The notes under the pieces were generated by a model that was not told where the DNA came from, did no database searches, and worked only from the letters and a program-made list of their open reading frames with translations. A stretch of DNA of 63,822 bases, the filler included, from Collodictyon triciliatum (lineage: Eukaryota): assembly GCA_043381765.1 (NCBI GenBank). It is 4 parts of 4 records of this genome, joined end to end, with 100 filler letters (N's around TTAATTAATTAA, not from the genome) between each part and the next. Parts side by side here need not be neighbours in the genome. Positions count along the whole stretch, not along the records: positions 1 to 18,261 come from JBHJMP010001384.1; 3 more parts are not named here. The stretch is one strand, 5' to 3'. The position numbers and the translations under genes are program-made. Shown in pieces: positions 1-11,176 of this stretch. Positions within the stretch are counted from its first letter, which is position 1; each line of letters starts with the position of its first letter.

Positions 1-206
1 TCTTTTTCTTCTTCTTTTTCTTCTTCTTTTTCTTCTTCTTTTTCTTCTTCTTTTTCTTCTTCTTTTTCTTCTTTTTTCTTCTTTTTCTTCTTTTTCTTCT
101 TTTTCTTCTTTTTTGGATATGATGTTCATTTTAATAGGCGTTTTTTTTTCTACGAAATTTTTTTTAATTTTATAAATGATTATACCATGGATTAAATTTT
201 ATTTAG

Positions 207-610
207 ATACAAACGCTACGCGGACATCAAGGCCCCATTTGGTCTTTGGATTTGAATACGGTTTCAATTTTATGACTCTTTTCTTGACTTATATCTATGG
301 AATAAATATTTAAGAAAAAGAAAAGAAAAGGAGGCGTGTTCACGAATTCTATTAGATGAGACTCACGAATGTCTTTTTCCGATCTTCTTTTCGATATCTC
401 CGTTTGTGTCCTATGTTGTGATTCTGATTGCAGGACGGAAATCTTCTTGCGTCAGGCTCTGCAGACCATACAATCGGCCTGTGGGACATTCAAAAGGGAT
501 ACAGACTTTCACACTCTTCGTCGGGAGCAGAATCCACTGGTAGTGCAGGACAGTCTTCACAATCAACGGGGTATATACAAATGCAATTACATGTGAATTT
601 GCGTATCTGA
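207..610 (+). CDS. 3' end of a WD40-repeat protein (partial; exons 207-260 and 434-~610)
   Basis: The AG/GT-bounded exons read IQTLRGHQGPIWSLDLNT and DGNLLASGSADHTIGLWDIQKG, a canonical GH...SGSxDxT...WD repeat. The C-terminal reading frame is ambiguous. Confidence 0.75.
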
Positions 611-1916
611 TGTAGAAAACTTTCTCAACCTCATTACCACCCGGTCTGTTGATTTGTCATTTGTGTCTGTATTGCCTTCCATCGCTCATCGGTTCTTTCC
701 CAACACAAATGGCAGAGTCCTGGAACCCATCCAAATGTACACTACGAAAAACACGCCTGTCCACAAGGTCTCTTTCACTTACCGAAACATTCTCCACGGA
801 GCAGGTCCATTCAACGCCGGATAGGAGCGTTAAACGGGCTGCAACAGAAAAAGTTAATAAAAAAAAAATAAAACGAAACAAATGCAATATCAAATGAAAA
901 ATAAATAATAAAAAAAATATAAGATATAACCCCAACACAACCACCTCAAATTTGGTCTCCACCCTTTTTCACAAATGAAAATTTGTTCCAGAATTGTACA
1001 TATTTCGGTTCTGTGAAAGCGTGGATGGACGTCATAACACGACCTTTTCCGACCAAGGTGCGAATCAGTGACGTGTATGTAAAGTCCACATATGGGAAAT
1101 GCCCACAGAACATGACAAACGATGACCTATGGTGACGTCATATTTTCCTAGAAAGGATGGGCTTCTCTATGGACTTTCAATGAATATATACTATTTATGG
1201 TAATGAAGGATCCACAAAGGTGTCTTTGTCGCGCTTATGGAAGGTGGGCGGTGTACCTATTCGGGCTTCATTATCCAAAAATGTACAATGGGCAACATTA
1301 GCCACATAAGGAAAGTAAAATTAGAATTCTTCAGAAACAGACGAAGTCGATTTTTAATTATTATTCGTGGATTCACTTGGCAGATTATGCCTATATAGTC
1401 AGCCGCTTTTCCAGCCTTTATCCTTTCCGACTACTTAAGGGTGTGTAAAACAAGCCCGCACAAACTGAGGCAGTCCCACACCCGGCGTCGATCACAACAT
1501 CAAACATGGTTCGCAATCATAATAACAACTGTGACAAACAACAACAACAATAATAATAATAAAAAAAAACAGAAAAAGAAGATAAAACTTAACTCTGCAG
1601 ACTCGAGCCAAACTGAACAAAAGGGAAATCGCGATGTTCAGCCTTTTTGTCTTTCACAACCAAGAGAAAACTGAAGCAAGTGCTCAGAAACACAATTATC
1701 CTCCAATCGAAACTGTATTTTCTTCACACTACCCCCGAACAAACATGGGGCTCTCTCCATTCCGATTTCTTATACAAACCCTTTATGATTCAACCAACTA
1801 TCTTGCATCTTTGAGTCACTGTTCTATTTCAATGACTCTATCCCTTTCCTCTTCTTTTTTCTTTTAATGCATATCACAGACGAAAGAGAAAGAGAAACCA
1901 CTTAAGGCTGAGAGAG

Positions 1917-2970
1917 ATGTGCTTCGGAGACACCACCAAGCAATTTTCTGCCCCACCGAGCCGCCCAGGCGACTTTTCTCTGGGCACAGCGACTAGTTTG
2001 CTTGCAGACACAAAGACAGGCGCAAGCGCTGCGGCAAACCCAGGCATCAACATGCACGTGAACATGGGACTCAGGTGGGATCTGGGCTTTGGCGACTCGT
2101 CGCTGCTCCCTCGCGACTTTTCCGGCTTGGACTGGAACAAGCTGCCCGATCCGCTGGGCCTGTTTGGCGACTCTTGCGCCTCGGTGACTTATTCGCTCTT
2201 CCCCGAAATCGGCGGCCTGGACTTTTTCCAGCAGAACGCGGCGCTTCCGGAAGAGTGCGACGAGGAAAAGTCGCCACTCTCGAGCTCGCAGCAGCCACTT
2301 GATGTCTCCGAAAGCCGCACGGCGTCCAACGAGTCCGGTTCGGCCTGCACAGTGACTCCGCTGCGTTCTGCGAAACGCTCCATTCGGCCGGCGGAATCCA
2401 CGAACATATTTGACCCGCACGCGGCTTTTGCCTCGCCTCTGGACGGCGGCTGTGCTGCGGTTTATGCGCGGGCCAGAAACACACCCAAGGCTGCCCGGCC
2501 AAGACTGGCGGATTGCGTCGTTCGCGTTGCTCCAAAGGCTGCGGAGGAATGTGGCGTCGGCAAGAACTCAAAGACAAAGGAGGCTTCGCGACGCTCACGC
2601 CTGCGCAAGAAGGTTTTCCTTTTTATCTTTTATATATATTTTTTTTAAAAAAAAAAAAAAAGAAAGAATATGGATGCAAGAGAATGGAGCAATGGTCGGC
2701 TTGATTCCATCCTTGTGTCGGAAAGAAAGAGGGATAAAGCCGAGACTGACGGTGCGGCGTATCTGAAACAAGATCTACATCGAGGGTCTGGAGCGCTCGG
2801 AAAAGGCCCTGAGCGAGAGGCATGAGATTCTCCAGCAGCAGCTGCTGACTCTGGCCACCGAGAACCGGGCATTCAAGGAGCAGCTTGCCGACCTGCGGGC
2901 AGTCATCATGCACACAACACTCGGCCCTGCCATGGGCGAATCCCCTGCGGGCTTCTCGGCAGAGTCCTAG
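1917..2970 (+). CDS. bZIP transcription factor (exons ~1917-2612, 2773-2970)
   Basis: The spliced product gives basic region KEASRRSRLRKK|IYIEG followed by leucine heptads L-ERSEKA-L-SERHEI-L-QQQLLT-L-ATENRA-F-KEQLAD-L. GT-AG intron at 2613-2772. Start codon uncertain. Confidence 0.8.
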
Positions 2971-3340
2971 CAGAGTCGCCTGTTGCCTTTCCTCCTCTTT
3001 TTCTTCTCTCTGTTTCTGCCTCTCCTTTGCTTTTTGAGCTCTTGTTATGTTTGTTGATGCTGTTGTTATCATTATTGCTACGCTCGTCGTCTCTTCCTTT
3101 CAGCCTTGTATTAATTCTTCTGCGACCGCCTCTCCATCATCATCATCATCAGCATCAGCATCACTTCTCCCTTCTGGCGGCAATAAAAGGCGATCGACGC
3201 TGCTGGCATAGAGCAAAAAGAAAAAGAGGCAGCGGCCGGATCGATGAAGGAGTGTGTGTTTAATAAAGAGAGAATCAGAGTGGGAGTCAACGGCGATTGC
3301 GGTTTGTGCTTGGGAAACAAGAGAATAAGAGAATGCTGCG

Positions 3341-6300
3341 TTAGTATGTCCAGTTGATCTTCTTGCGGCCGTGCGACTGAGGAGGCTGCGTCGAGCTCAT
3401 CTCCTGCTGGACTCGTGCCTGGCGCATGGTTTGTGTGATGGGACGGGGGAATCAGTGATTGTGTGGTTTGGAGGGATGCGCTTACAGTGTAGTTCTGCTC
3501 GTCTTGGTTGCGGCGCTCAAACTCCAGTCGGCTCGAGTAGTCGTCCATCTTCTTTTCCCAGTCCTTCACCCGCATTTGCTCCTCCTGGTATTGCCGGGTA
3601 ACCACACGTCCCTGTTCGCGGAATGAGGAATCATTTTGTTTGTTTATTTTTTTAATTTTTTGTTTTGGTTGTTGATTTATTGATTCATTGATTGATTCAT
3701 TGGTTGGTTGTTTTGTTTTGTTTTGTTTTGTTTTGTTTTGTTTTGTTTTGTTTTGTTTTGTTTTGTTTTGTTTTGTTTTGTTTTGTTTTGTTTTGTTTTG
3801 TTTTGTTTTGTTTTGTTTTGTTTTGTTTTGTTTTGTTTTGTTTTGTTTTGTTTGTCTAATATATCATATATATTTGTTTGTTTGTCTCGTGATTATCGCG
3901 CATACCGTTCGGCGACTGGCTTCGATTTCCTCCTCCTTTTGTTTGATGCGGTTGACTTCCTGCTCGATGGAAATCCGGTCTTTGATTTTGTCTTCGAGTT
4001 CCTTGCGTGTTGTGCTGACTAAGTGTTTCAGAAAAATTGTTATGCTCGCAAATGGGGTTGAGGGAATGAAAAAAAAATAATTAAAGAAAAAATGCTCAAT
4101 GATCTGTGATGTCAATCGAGTAGTGAATGCTTACGCTTCTCTTGTATTTGATTTTGGCGCACGGAATATACTTCGTTCATCAACCTATCACCTGAATCGA
4201 ACAGAAAAATTTTTTTAAAATAGTAATGATAAAACTCCTCTTTCGACCAAAACATCTCCATAGTACATCACGGAATAAAATATTCATTTATGTAATTTAA
4301 TAGAACTCGAGATTCAACCAACTAATACTCCGCATGAGAAATAGAAAAGGAATGCAGAAACGAATTCGAAAAGAAAAAATAACAGATATTCCACGCGAAA
4401 ATGAATATACTCACGCGCAGTCTTTTCCTGTCTCCATCTCTCTTCGATGCGTGCATACTGCTCTGCAAGGGCCTCTTGTCTCATCCGGTCGATTTCCTAA
4501 CGTTTCATTTAGTTCACCACGTTTTTAAAATATGGACTTGGTCTAAAATTTTTCTTTACTTTCTAGTTGGTTACTGATGACAAAGACCTCGCGATAACAG
4601 ACTATTCGCTTCGTGAATCACACAATGGCATAAATATGTTCGGAATCAACATCATACGGATAGGTGCTGGACAAACCTTTTCAAGCTCTTGTTCTTGACG
4701 ACGCATCTCAGCCAAGTAATTCATGTATCCCGTAATTTCCTCTCTCCATTTTTTCTAGAGTAAAAGATAGAACAAAACATCGGGTGGTTGACTTTCACAT
4801 TTTTTTTCGAGATAATATACATTTTTCAGCAATACAGATATAAGCCGTACTAAGGCTTTGTATGAGACTGGCGACGTAGTTGAGTTGATGTGCCCATTTA
4901 ATAGGCCAAGCTAATATTTCGACGTCCAAAATAAATGGTACCAACCTTCACTTCCATCGAGTGAATGTCGCGGTATTTTTCATCTTTCAGCATTTCCTAT
5001 TTGAAAAAACTATAAGAGGGAAAGCTTTCGTTTTGAAATCATGCAGTCAGATCGCATGTCCTACAAATGAAACCGGGTTCGAATATTCATTTTCATGACT
5101 CACTTCCATGGCCTTCGCGTCTTCCTCTCTCTCGCGGCGCTCCCTCTCACGCCTCTGCCGAGCACGTGCTTCGTTTTCTTGCTGGAGGGATAACCGCCTC
5201 TGGGTTTCTCTCTCAAGCTGAGGAGAACAAGTGAAAAATTTGAAGATCAAATAAAGGAGAAATTAAAAAAAATCGAGTCATCAATGATTACTCTGTGCAT
5301 AGAAGTGTCCATTAAGATATGCACCAGCCGATATATTTTGAAATATTTATAATTTCACTAATTGCTCGTCATACGTGGGCTGCTGCAGCACGATCTGCCT
5401 CTTGCTGCTCGAGTTCACGCTGAATTTTCTGTAAAATACATGACCGGTATTTCAGTAGTGGAGACACTTCAAGAGCCAATACAGATGTAGATGATTTTGA
5501 AAAGGGAAAGTTTTACGATATTGTTGCACCTATTTTTTTTTTTTAAAGCATCATCTCTTGGCTACAATTTCAGTTATTGAGGCTTTTGCAGGAAAGTATG
5601 GCTATATTATTCATACCATTAGGCGTGCCTCCTCCATCTCTAACAGCCTCTCCTCTTCCCTCCTTTGGGTAAGAGCTTGTAATTGGGAATCGAGGAACGA
5701 TGTCATCTCTATATATATAAAAAAAATAATCACAGAAGTATCTTTTTAAAAAAAAATAATTTACTGGACGAAAGGTGAATATACGTAGGAAGTGACACTG
5801 ATTGATATTTCGAGCAGATTTCCCTTCATTAATCGGTCGTTTTTATTTTTGTGTGTGTATTTTTTTTCTTCAAAATGTGAACTATGTATATCCGTCCTTG
5901 ATACCTGCATTTCTCTGTTGAGCTCGTGAATACTCTTCCTGTTCTCGCTGAACTTTTTTCAACCGGTCTGCTTCCCACAGCTCGTCGAAATAGCGGGTTT
6001 CCTCGCGTTCGGCCTCACCGCGGACTTTCTTTTCTTCAATCTGTCCTTTACGCTCAGTAACCACTGCGTTTAGAATCGCCTGGGACTTCACTCCGCGAAT
6101 GGCGTCACAATCCTCTCTAGTTTGAGAAAGGAAATCGCACTCAGATTAGCATACATGATTGTCTTCGTAGTAATGACGATGAGGCAAACCTCCATTTTCT
6201 GTCAAGTTGCTCATCAGCGAATCTTCTGGTTTCTTCCTGCCTTTGAGTTTTCAACAAAACAGCCCGCTCTTCCATCCTTGCACGGCGTTGCTCGGGAGTT

Positions 6301-6983
6301 TCCTTGATTAGAAAAAAAATTACAAAACAATACGATAATATTCATAGTGATTGTTCATCCAATTTCCTTAAGAACGATATATGCATACAGTATGTACTAA
6401 CTTTTAAAAACTCTAATTCTTGGGAGTACATCAGCTCTTCTTGCTGCAACAGTTCTGCTAATCTGAAACCGAGATAATAAATTGACCAGGTTGTGTACTA
6501 GAACTATGAAGCAATTTGCATGGCCGTTGACGCGAAAGTAGAAACAAAGGATGAAAGTCAGGATGGGTCTGCATCAAACCTCTGACGGCGTATTTCAAGT
6601 TTTTCTGCCTCCATCTTTTTAAAAACACGAAAGGTGCTTTCTGCGGTATTGTGTTCTATTTTCTCATGCGTTCGGTTTTCCCAGTTGGCAGCTTTCCTAA
6701 TTGCATCGAATCGCTGTGACTCTTCCACGTACACGCGACGCGCCGTTTCCTCTTGCTGGCGTTTAATGATCATCTGCTCTTTGTTGACTCGACGCTACGT
6801 ATAAATAAAGACCATCGGTGAATCCTCAAAGAATATGCATCACATGCAGATACAGAGGGTGAATCAAATAACATGGTTTTCAAGTTTCTCGCGGTCTCGA
6901 AAAAAAGTGTTAAAATAAGTCATGGACATATAGCACTCCAACCCAACAAAGTGATAAAGCACTGAGGGTAAACTTACTGCCAT
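3341..6983 (-). CDS. CFAP53: Cilia- and flagella-associated protein 53-like (CCDC11, trichoplein/TPH-domain coiled coil), multi-exon
   Basis: Exons read LEIRRQRLAELLQQEE, ETPEQRRARMEERAVLLKTQRQEETRRFADEQLDRKWR and DCDAIR...ERKGQIEEK...FDELWEADRLKKVQREQEE, matching the recalled CFAP53 pattern. The protein ends HGRKKINWTY*. Confidence 0.75.
3709..3852. repeat. (GTTTT)n microsatellite in a CFAP53 intron
   Basis: Perfect pentanucleotide run. Confidence 0.95.
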
Positions 6984-7272
6984 TTACAAGGAGAATATGC
7001 GTTTTTCTAGGTGTCTGTTTTGTTCGTCGTCGTTGTTTGTTTGTTTTTTTCCCTTCGGCTCCTTAAGAAAATGAAGGGAAGTTACAAAGTGCAGTGTAGA
7101 TATTTCGGTTAATTTTTTCTTTCTTCTATTGCAGCCTTACTCCTTTTTTTTTTTCCATTCTTTTATTTGAAAGGTTTAAACAGCAAGGATAGCTCTCAAC
7201 AATCCCGGTCGGCGCCCAATGCAACAGTGACGGTATGAATTGTTTCAAAAATAGGAAAGCGAAGAAAAGTTT

Positions 7273-7326
<54 letters not shown>

Positions 7327-8182
7327 TTTTCCCTCCCCTATATTACGACTTTGTGCCGCAGTGATATTACGAGTGCAGATCGAACAAGAAACAAGAGCTG
7401 GAAAGAATGGAGTTGGCGGCAGCCAATTAGGGCCAAGATCGGTGTCGCGAAGTAGGTTCACTTTGTGCTGAATGAGTTGATAATATGTGACAATCTCGTC
7501 TTTGACTCTGCGCAGAATTGCTTGTGTAATGAGCGGCTTTCACGGTCTTTGTTGAGAAAGAAGCCTGGCCGTGGCGAAATCCTCTTCCCTCTGACCTTCT
7601 CGTCTCTCAGTCTTTCGGCCTCACAGCTTGCTTGCTCCTCATCCTTCCTCCATTTAAAAAAAGGATAAAGTTCACAACAGATTCATGGAAAAGATGTCTT
7701 GTTTGATTTTGCAAGGAATAGTCGTTGCAACTGTATTCATATGTGGAAGTTAAATTATTATTAAATGGCAAGTGCCTTTCTGGTCAGATTTTTGTTGCTC
7801 GATGCGAGTATCTAGTACTAATAATCTGACTCTTTGATCACTGCATCTACTTGCTCTTTGGAGAGTTGCGGGTGACCCAGTGCGGTTGAAATACACACAA
7901 AGCCAAAATGGACACGAGTAAACTGGAGATTCTACGCGTCAGACGGTTTTATTGGGTCAACAAGCAGAATGGCGATGGTAAACACAGTCATCAAATGAAA
8001 AGAAAGAAGGAGAGAAGGAGAAGGAGAAGAAGAAAAAAAGACAGGAACAGAGAAAATATGAAAAAAAAAAAAAAAAAAAAGGAGATGGGAGTGACGGACA
8101 TCTAAACAGAACAGGAAGAAGCATAGGCCACGAGCGAAGCGCAGGTGGAAAGAACGGGTGCTTTACTCGAGCGAGCGGCTTG

Positions 8183-9983
8183 TCAGGCTTTGGGGCCGTC
8201 GAGGGGAATCCAATCGCGCGGGGTTCGGAGGACCTGCCAGAGCTTGTCCTCTTCGGAGCCAGGGTGAGGCCGATGGTCGTACATCCAGCGGGCAGTCAGG
8301 GGCAGAGACATGAGGATGCTCTCGATGCGGCCGTTGGAGTGGAGGCCAAACTTTGTGCCGCGGTCGTAGACCAGATTGAACTCGACGTAGCGGCCGCGGC
8401 GGAGTTGCTGCCACAGCTTCTGGTCCGGGGTGTATGGGAGGTCCTTCCTGCGCAGGACGATGGGGATGTACGCATCCACAAAGGCGTTTGCGCAGTTGCG
8501 TGCAAAGTCAAAGAGGATGTCGGGGTCTCTGTCGTCAAGGTCGTCAAAGAAGATGCCGCCGACGCCGCGGGTTTCGTTGCGATGCCGGATCTGAAAGTAC
8601 TCGTCGCACCATCGCTTGAAGCGTGGGTAGAAGGCCGGGTCTGTCTTGTCGCACGCGTCTTTGTGCACCTGGTGGAAATGGACCACGTCCTCCTCAAACA
8701 GATACGACGGCGTCAGATCCGCGCCTCCGCCAAACCACCACGAGGCCGGCTGCCCGTCCTTGTCCACCGTCTCGAAGTACCGGTAGTTGCAATGCACCGT
8801 GGGCACCATTGGATTGTGCGGGTGAATCACGAGGCTGTGGCATTGCCGGTTAGTGATGCTGGGCACGAGGGATATAGCGGGGTGCCTTTTGCTTGTAGCC
8901 TTGTGCACTCACCTCACGCCCACCGCAAAGAACGGAAGCGGGCCCGATGCATCCAGGTTCTTTCCTCGCGAGTTCATCTCTCGGACGGCTGCGGGCGCCA
9001 TTGTGCCTGTTGCAAGCTCTCTGTTTTTAGCTGGTCTGTCGCTTGAGATGATCGGGTAGATGACGTACATGTATTGCATCTTCATCATTATCAATCATTC
9101 CTTTTCTTTTACCATAGACAACGCTGACATTGACACCGGCCTTCTCAAAGACGTTTCCATCCTGCAGCACACGAGTCCATCCGCCGCCACCACCTTCGCG
9201 CTGCCACGTGTCCTCCCGAAACGCAGTCCCGTCGATGGCCGAAATGGCGCTGGTGATTCTGTCCTGCACGTCGCGAACCATCTTGGTCATGCGCTCTCGC
9301 ATCGGGGCGGGAATATCGGCCGGTGTTTGGATGGGCGTTTCATTGGCAATGGGGATGGTTTCTTGGGATTGCTACATGTATGCGTATTTATGCATGTGTA
9401 CGGTTTTAATTTTTGCGAAGGTGCATGATGGAGTGATTAATAGGATAGCGCGAATGATTCGTATTCATACGGCAAAGCTGGCGCCGAGTAGCAAGGAAGC
9501 CAGTCCGCCCAGGGCTATTGTTCCCCTGTTGGTATCAATAATGAAAAACAAATAAGCAAACGTCTTGCCAGGTTGAATCGTATAATTCTAATAGCTAGTC
9601 GAAAAGTATTACAATTAAAAGAATGAATGAAAGAATATGGAAAAGAGTCTGCGCGAGAGGAAGCGGGGATTTCTCTGCCTCTGTGTGCGACTGTGTGATT
9701 CTCATGCTGTGTGGAAGAATGGAGCTATGAAAGAAACCAAAAGGGTTCGTCTTTAAAGTGAATCAATTCAGTACCAGGAAAGCCCCGCTGGAGCTGATGC
9801 AGGTTGCTGCTGTCCCAAGGAAGCCTCTTGAATCGCAGCAGGCTTGTAGTGGGCGGGCTTGGCGAATGGGTTGGGCTTGTCGAGCGCAGCCCGAGACACC
9901 GCCGAGAATCTGGCCGAAGACGAGGTAGCCACCGACCGTGTGAGCCTTGTCAGGGACTGGACTGAACTCCGCACAAGATTCAT
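8183..9983 (-). CDS. CPOX: Oxygen-dependent coproporphyrinogen III oxidase (HemF/Hem13/CPOX), 5 exons
   Basis: Family motifs [83 protein letters not shown] and [10 protein letters not shown]. Confidence 0.97.
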
Positions 9984-10431
9984 TCTAGGGGCATGTGAAA
10001 GGCGTTTTCAGTCGAGTTGGCAGAGGGAAAGAAACAAAGAAACAAAGAAACGAAAAAACAAAGAAACAAAGAAACAAAGAAGGACGGAAAGCGGTTTGAG
10101 CGCCTCTTAAGTGGGGCTCGTAAAGGATCGGGTTAGATAATCTCGTGCTGGTGAGTAGTAAAGGTGCTGAATGCTTTGACCCAGGGTTGACGCGATGAGT
10201 CAGGCTCTTGTTCTTTATTTGCCTGCTGTTGATGTGACGCGTTGTGTTTCGTGATCATTCTGATTTGTGGCTTTTCATCACGCGTGACGAAGATCCACGC
10301 CAGCATTTGCTTCGCTTTGCTTTGTGTGATGAAATGATGACGCGGGGACTCTTTCGGTCTGTTTTTGTATTTTGGCCGAATGCACGAACAGGGGAGCAAA
10401 GAAGAGGGCGGAACGGGGTCTATGTGTAAAT

Positions 10432-10542
10432 AAGAAAAAGAAAAAGAAAAAGAAAAAGAAAAAGAAAAAGAAAAAGAAAAAGAAAAAGAAAAAGAAAAAG
10501 AAAAAGAAAAAGAAAAAGAAAAAGAAAAGAAAAAGAAAAAAA
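10432..10542. repeat. (AAGAAA)n microsatellite
   Basis: Hexanucleotide run. Confidence 0.95.
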
Positions 10543-11176
10543 GTAGGGTTGGGTTGGGTTAGATGGGCAGGCCTCTGACTTCATGTTTCGTCATAATAGT
10601 GAAGCAGCTGTCGCACACTTGGCCGCTGAACTTGTGTGGGTCTGAGGTCGGGATTCTCTTGAAGGAACACTTTTGGCAGCACAGGGCTTGGCATTGGGTG
10701 CAGAAAAACTAAGCAGAAGGGAATGAACAGAGTTCAGGGATTTGGGATGTTTGGATTCGCCAGTGTTGGGCTGGAATATTAACAACTATGATTAACCTTC
10801 ATCAAACGCGGGTCAACAGCACAGAGGAAGCAAGTTGGGTCATTTTTTCCTCGCTACGGAATGAATGAATGCAATAAAAATGATTTTTGAAAAACGCTCA
10901 GATTTTGCTTTTTCTTTTGATTTGTGATAAGTGTACATTTTCAGTGGTTTATGTATTTATGGATTGGAATCTTGGTGCCTCATTGGGAATTAGCAGAGTT
11001 TTACAAAGGAAATTGTGCTTCTTACGCGAGCATCTATTATTTTCTGAACATGCTTTTTGTGTGTTGTAAGAATCCCAGTGACATCGACTGACTATAAGGA
11101 GCAGATGTACAAGAGGAAATATTAAAGATAAACTACATGAATTCCCGGTAATTTCTAATTAAGGCGATGATTTTAA

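Noticed and set aside
3688-4080. ORFs with FCFVL, KQNKT, poly-K or poly-F runs here and at 16236, 20987, 51164 and 52672
   Set aside because: Translations of microsatellites and homopolymers.
8180-9046. Long ORFs antisense to CPOX (likewise 15853-16584, 1902-2598 and 54471-54808)
   Set aside because: Shadow ORFs of GC-rich coding exons with no independent motifs.
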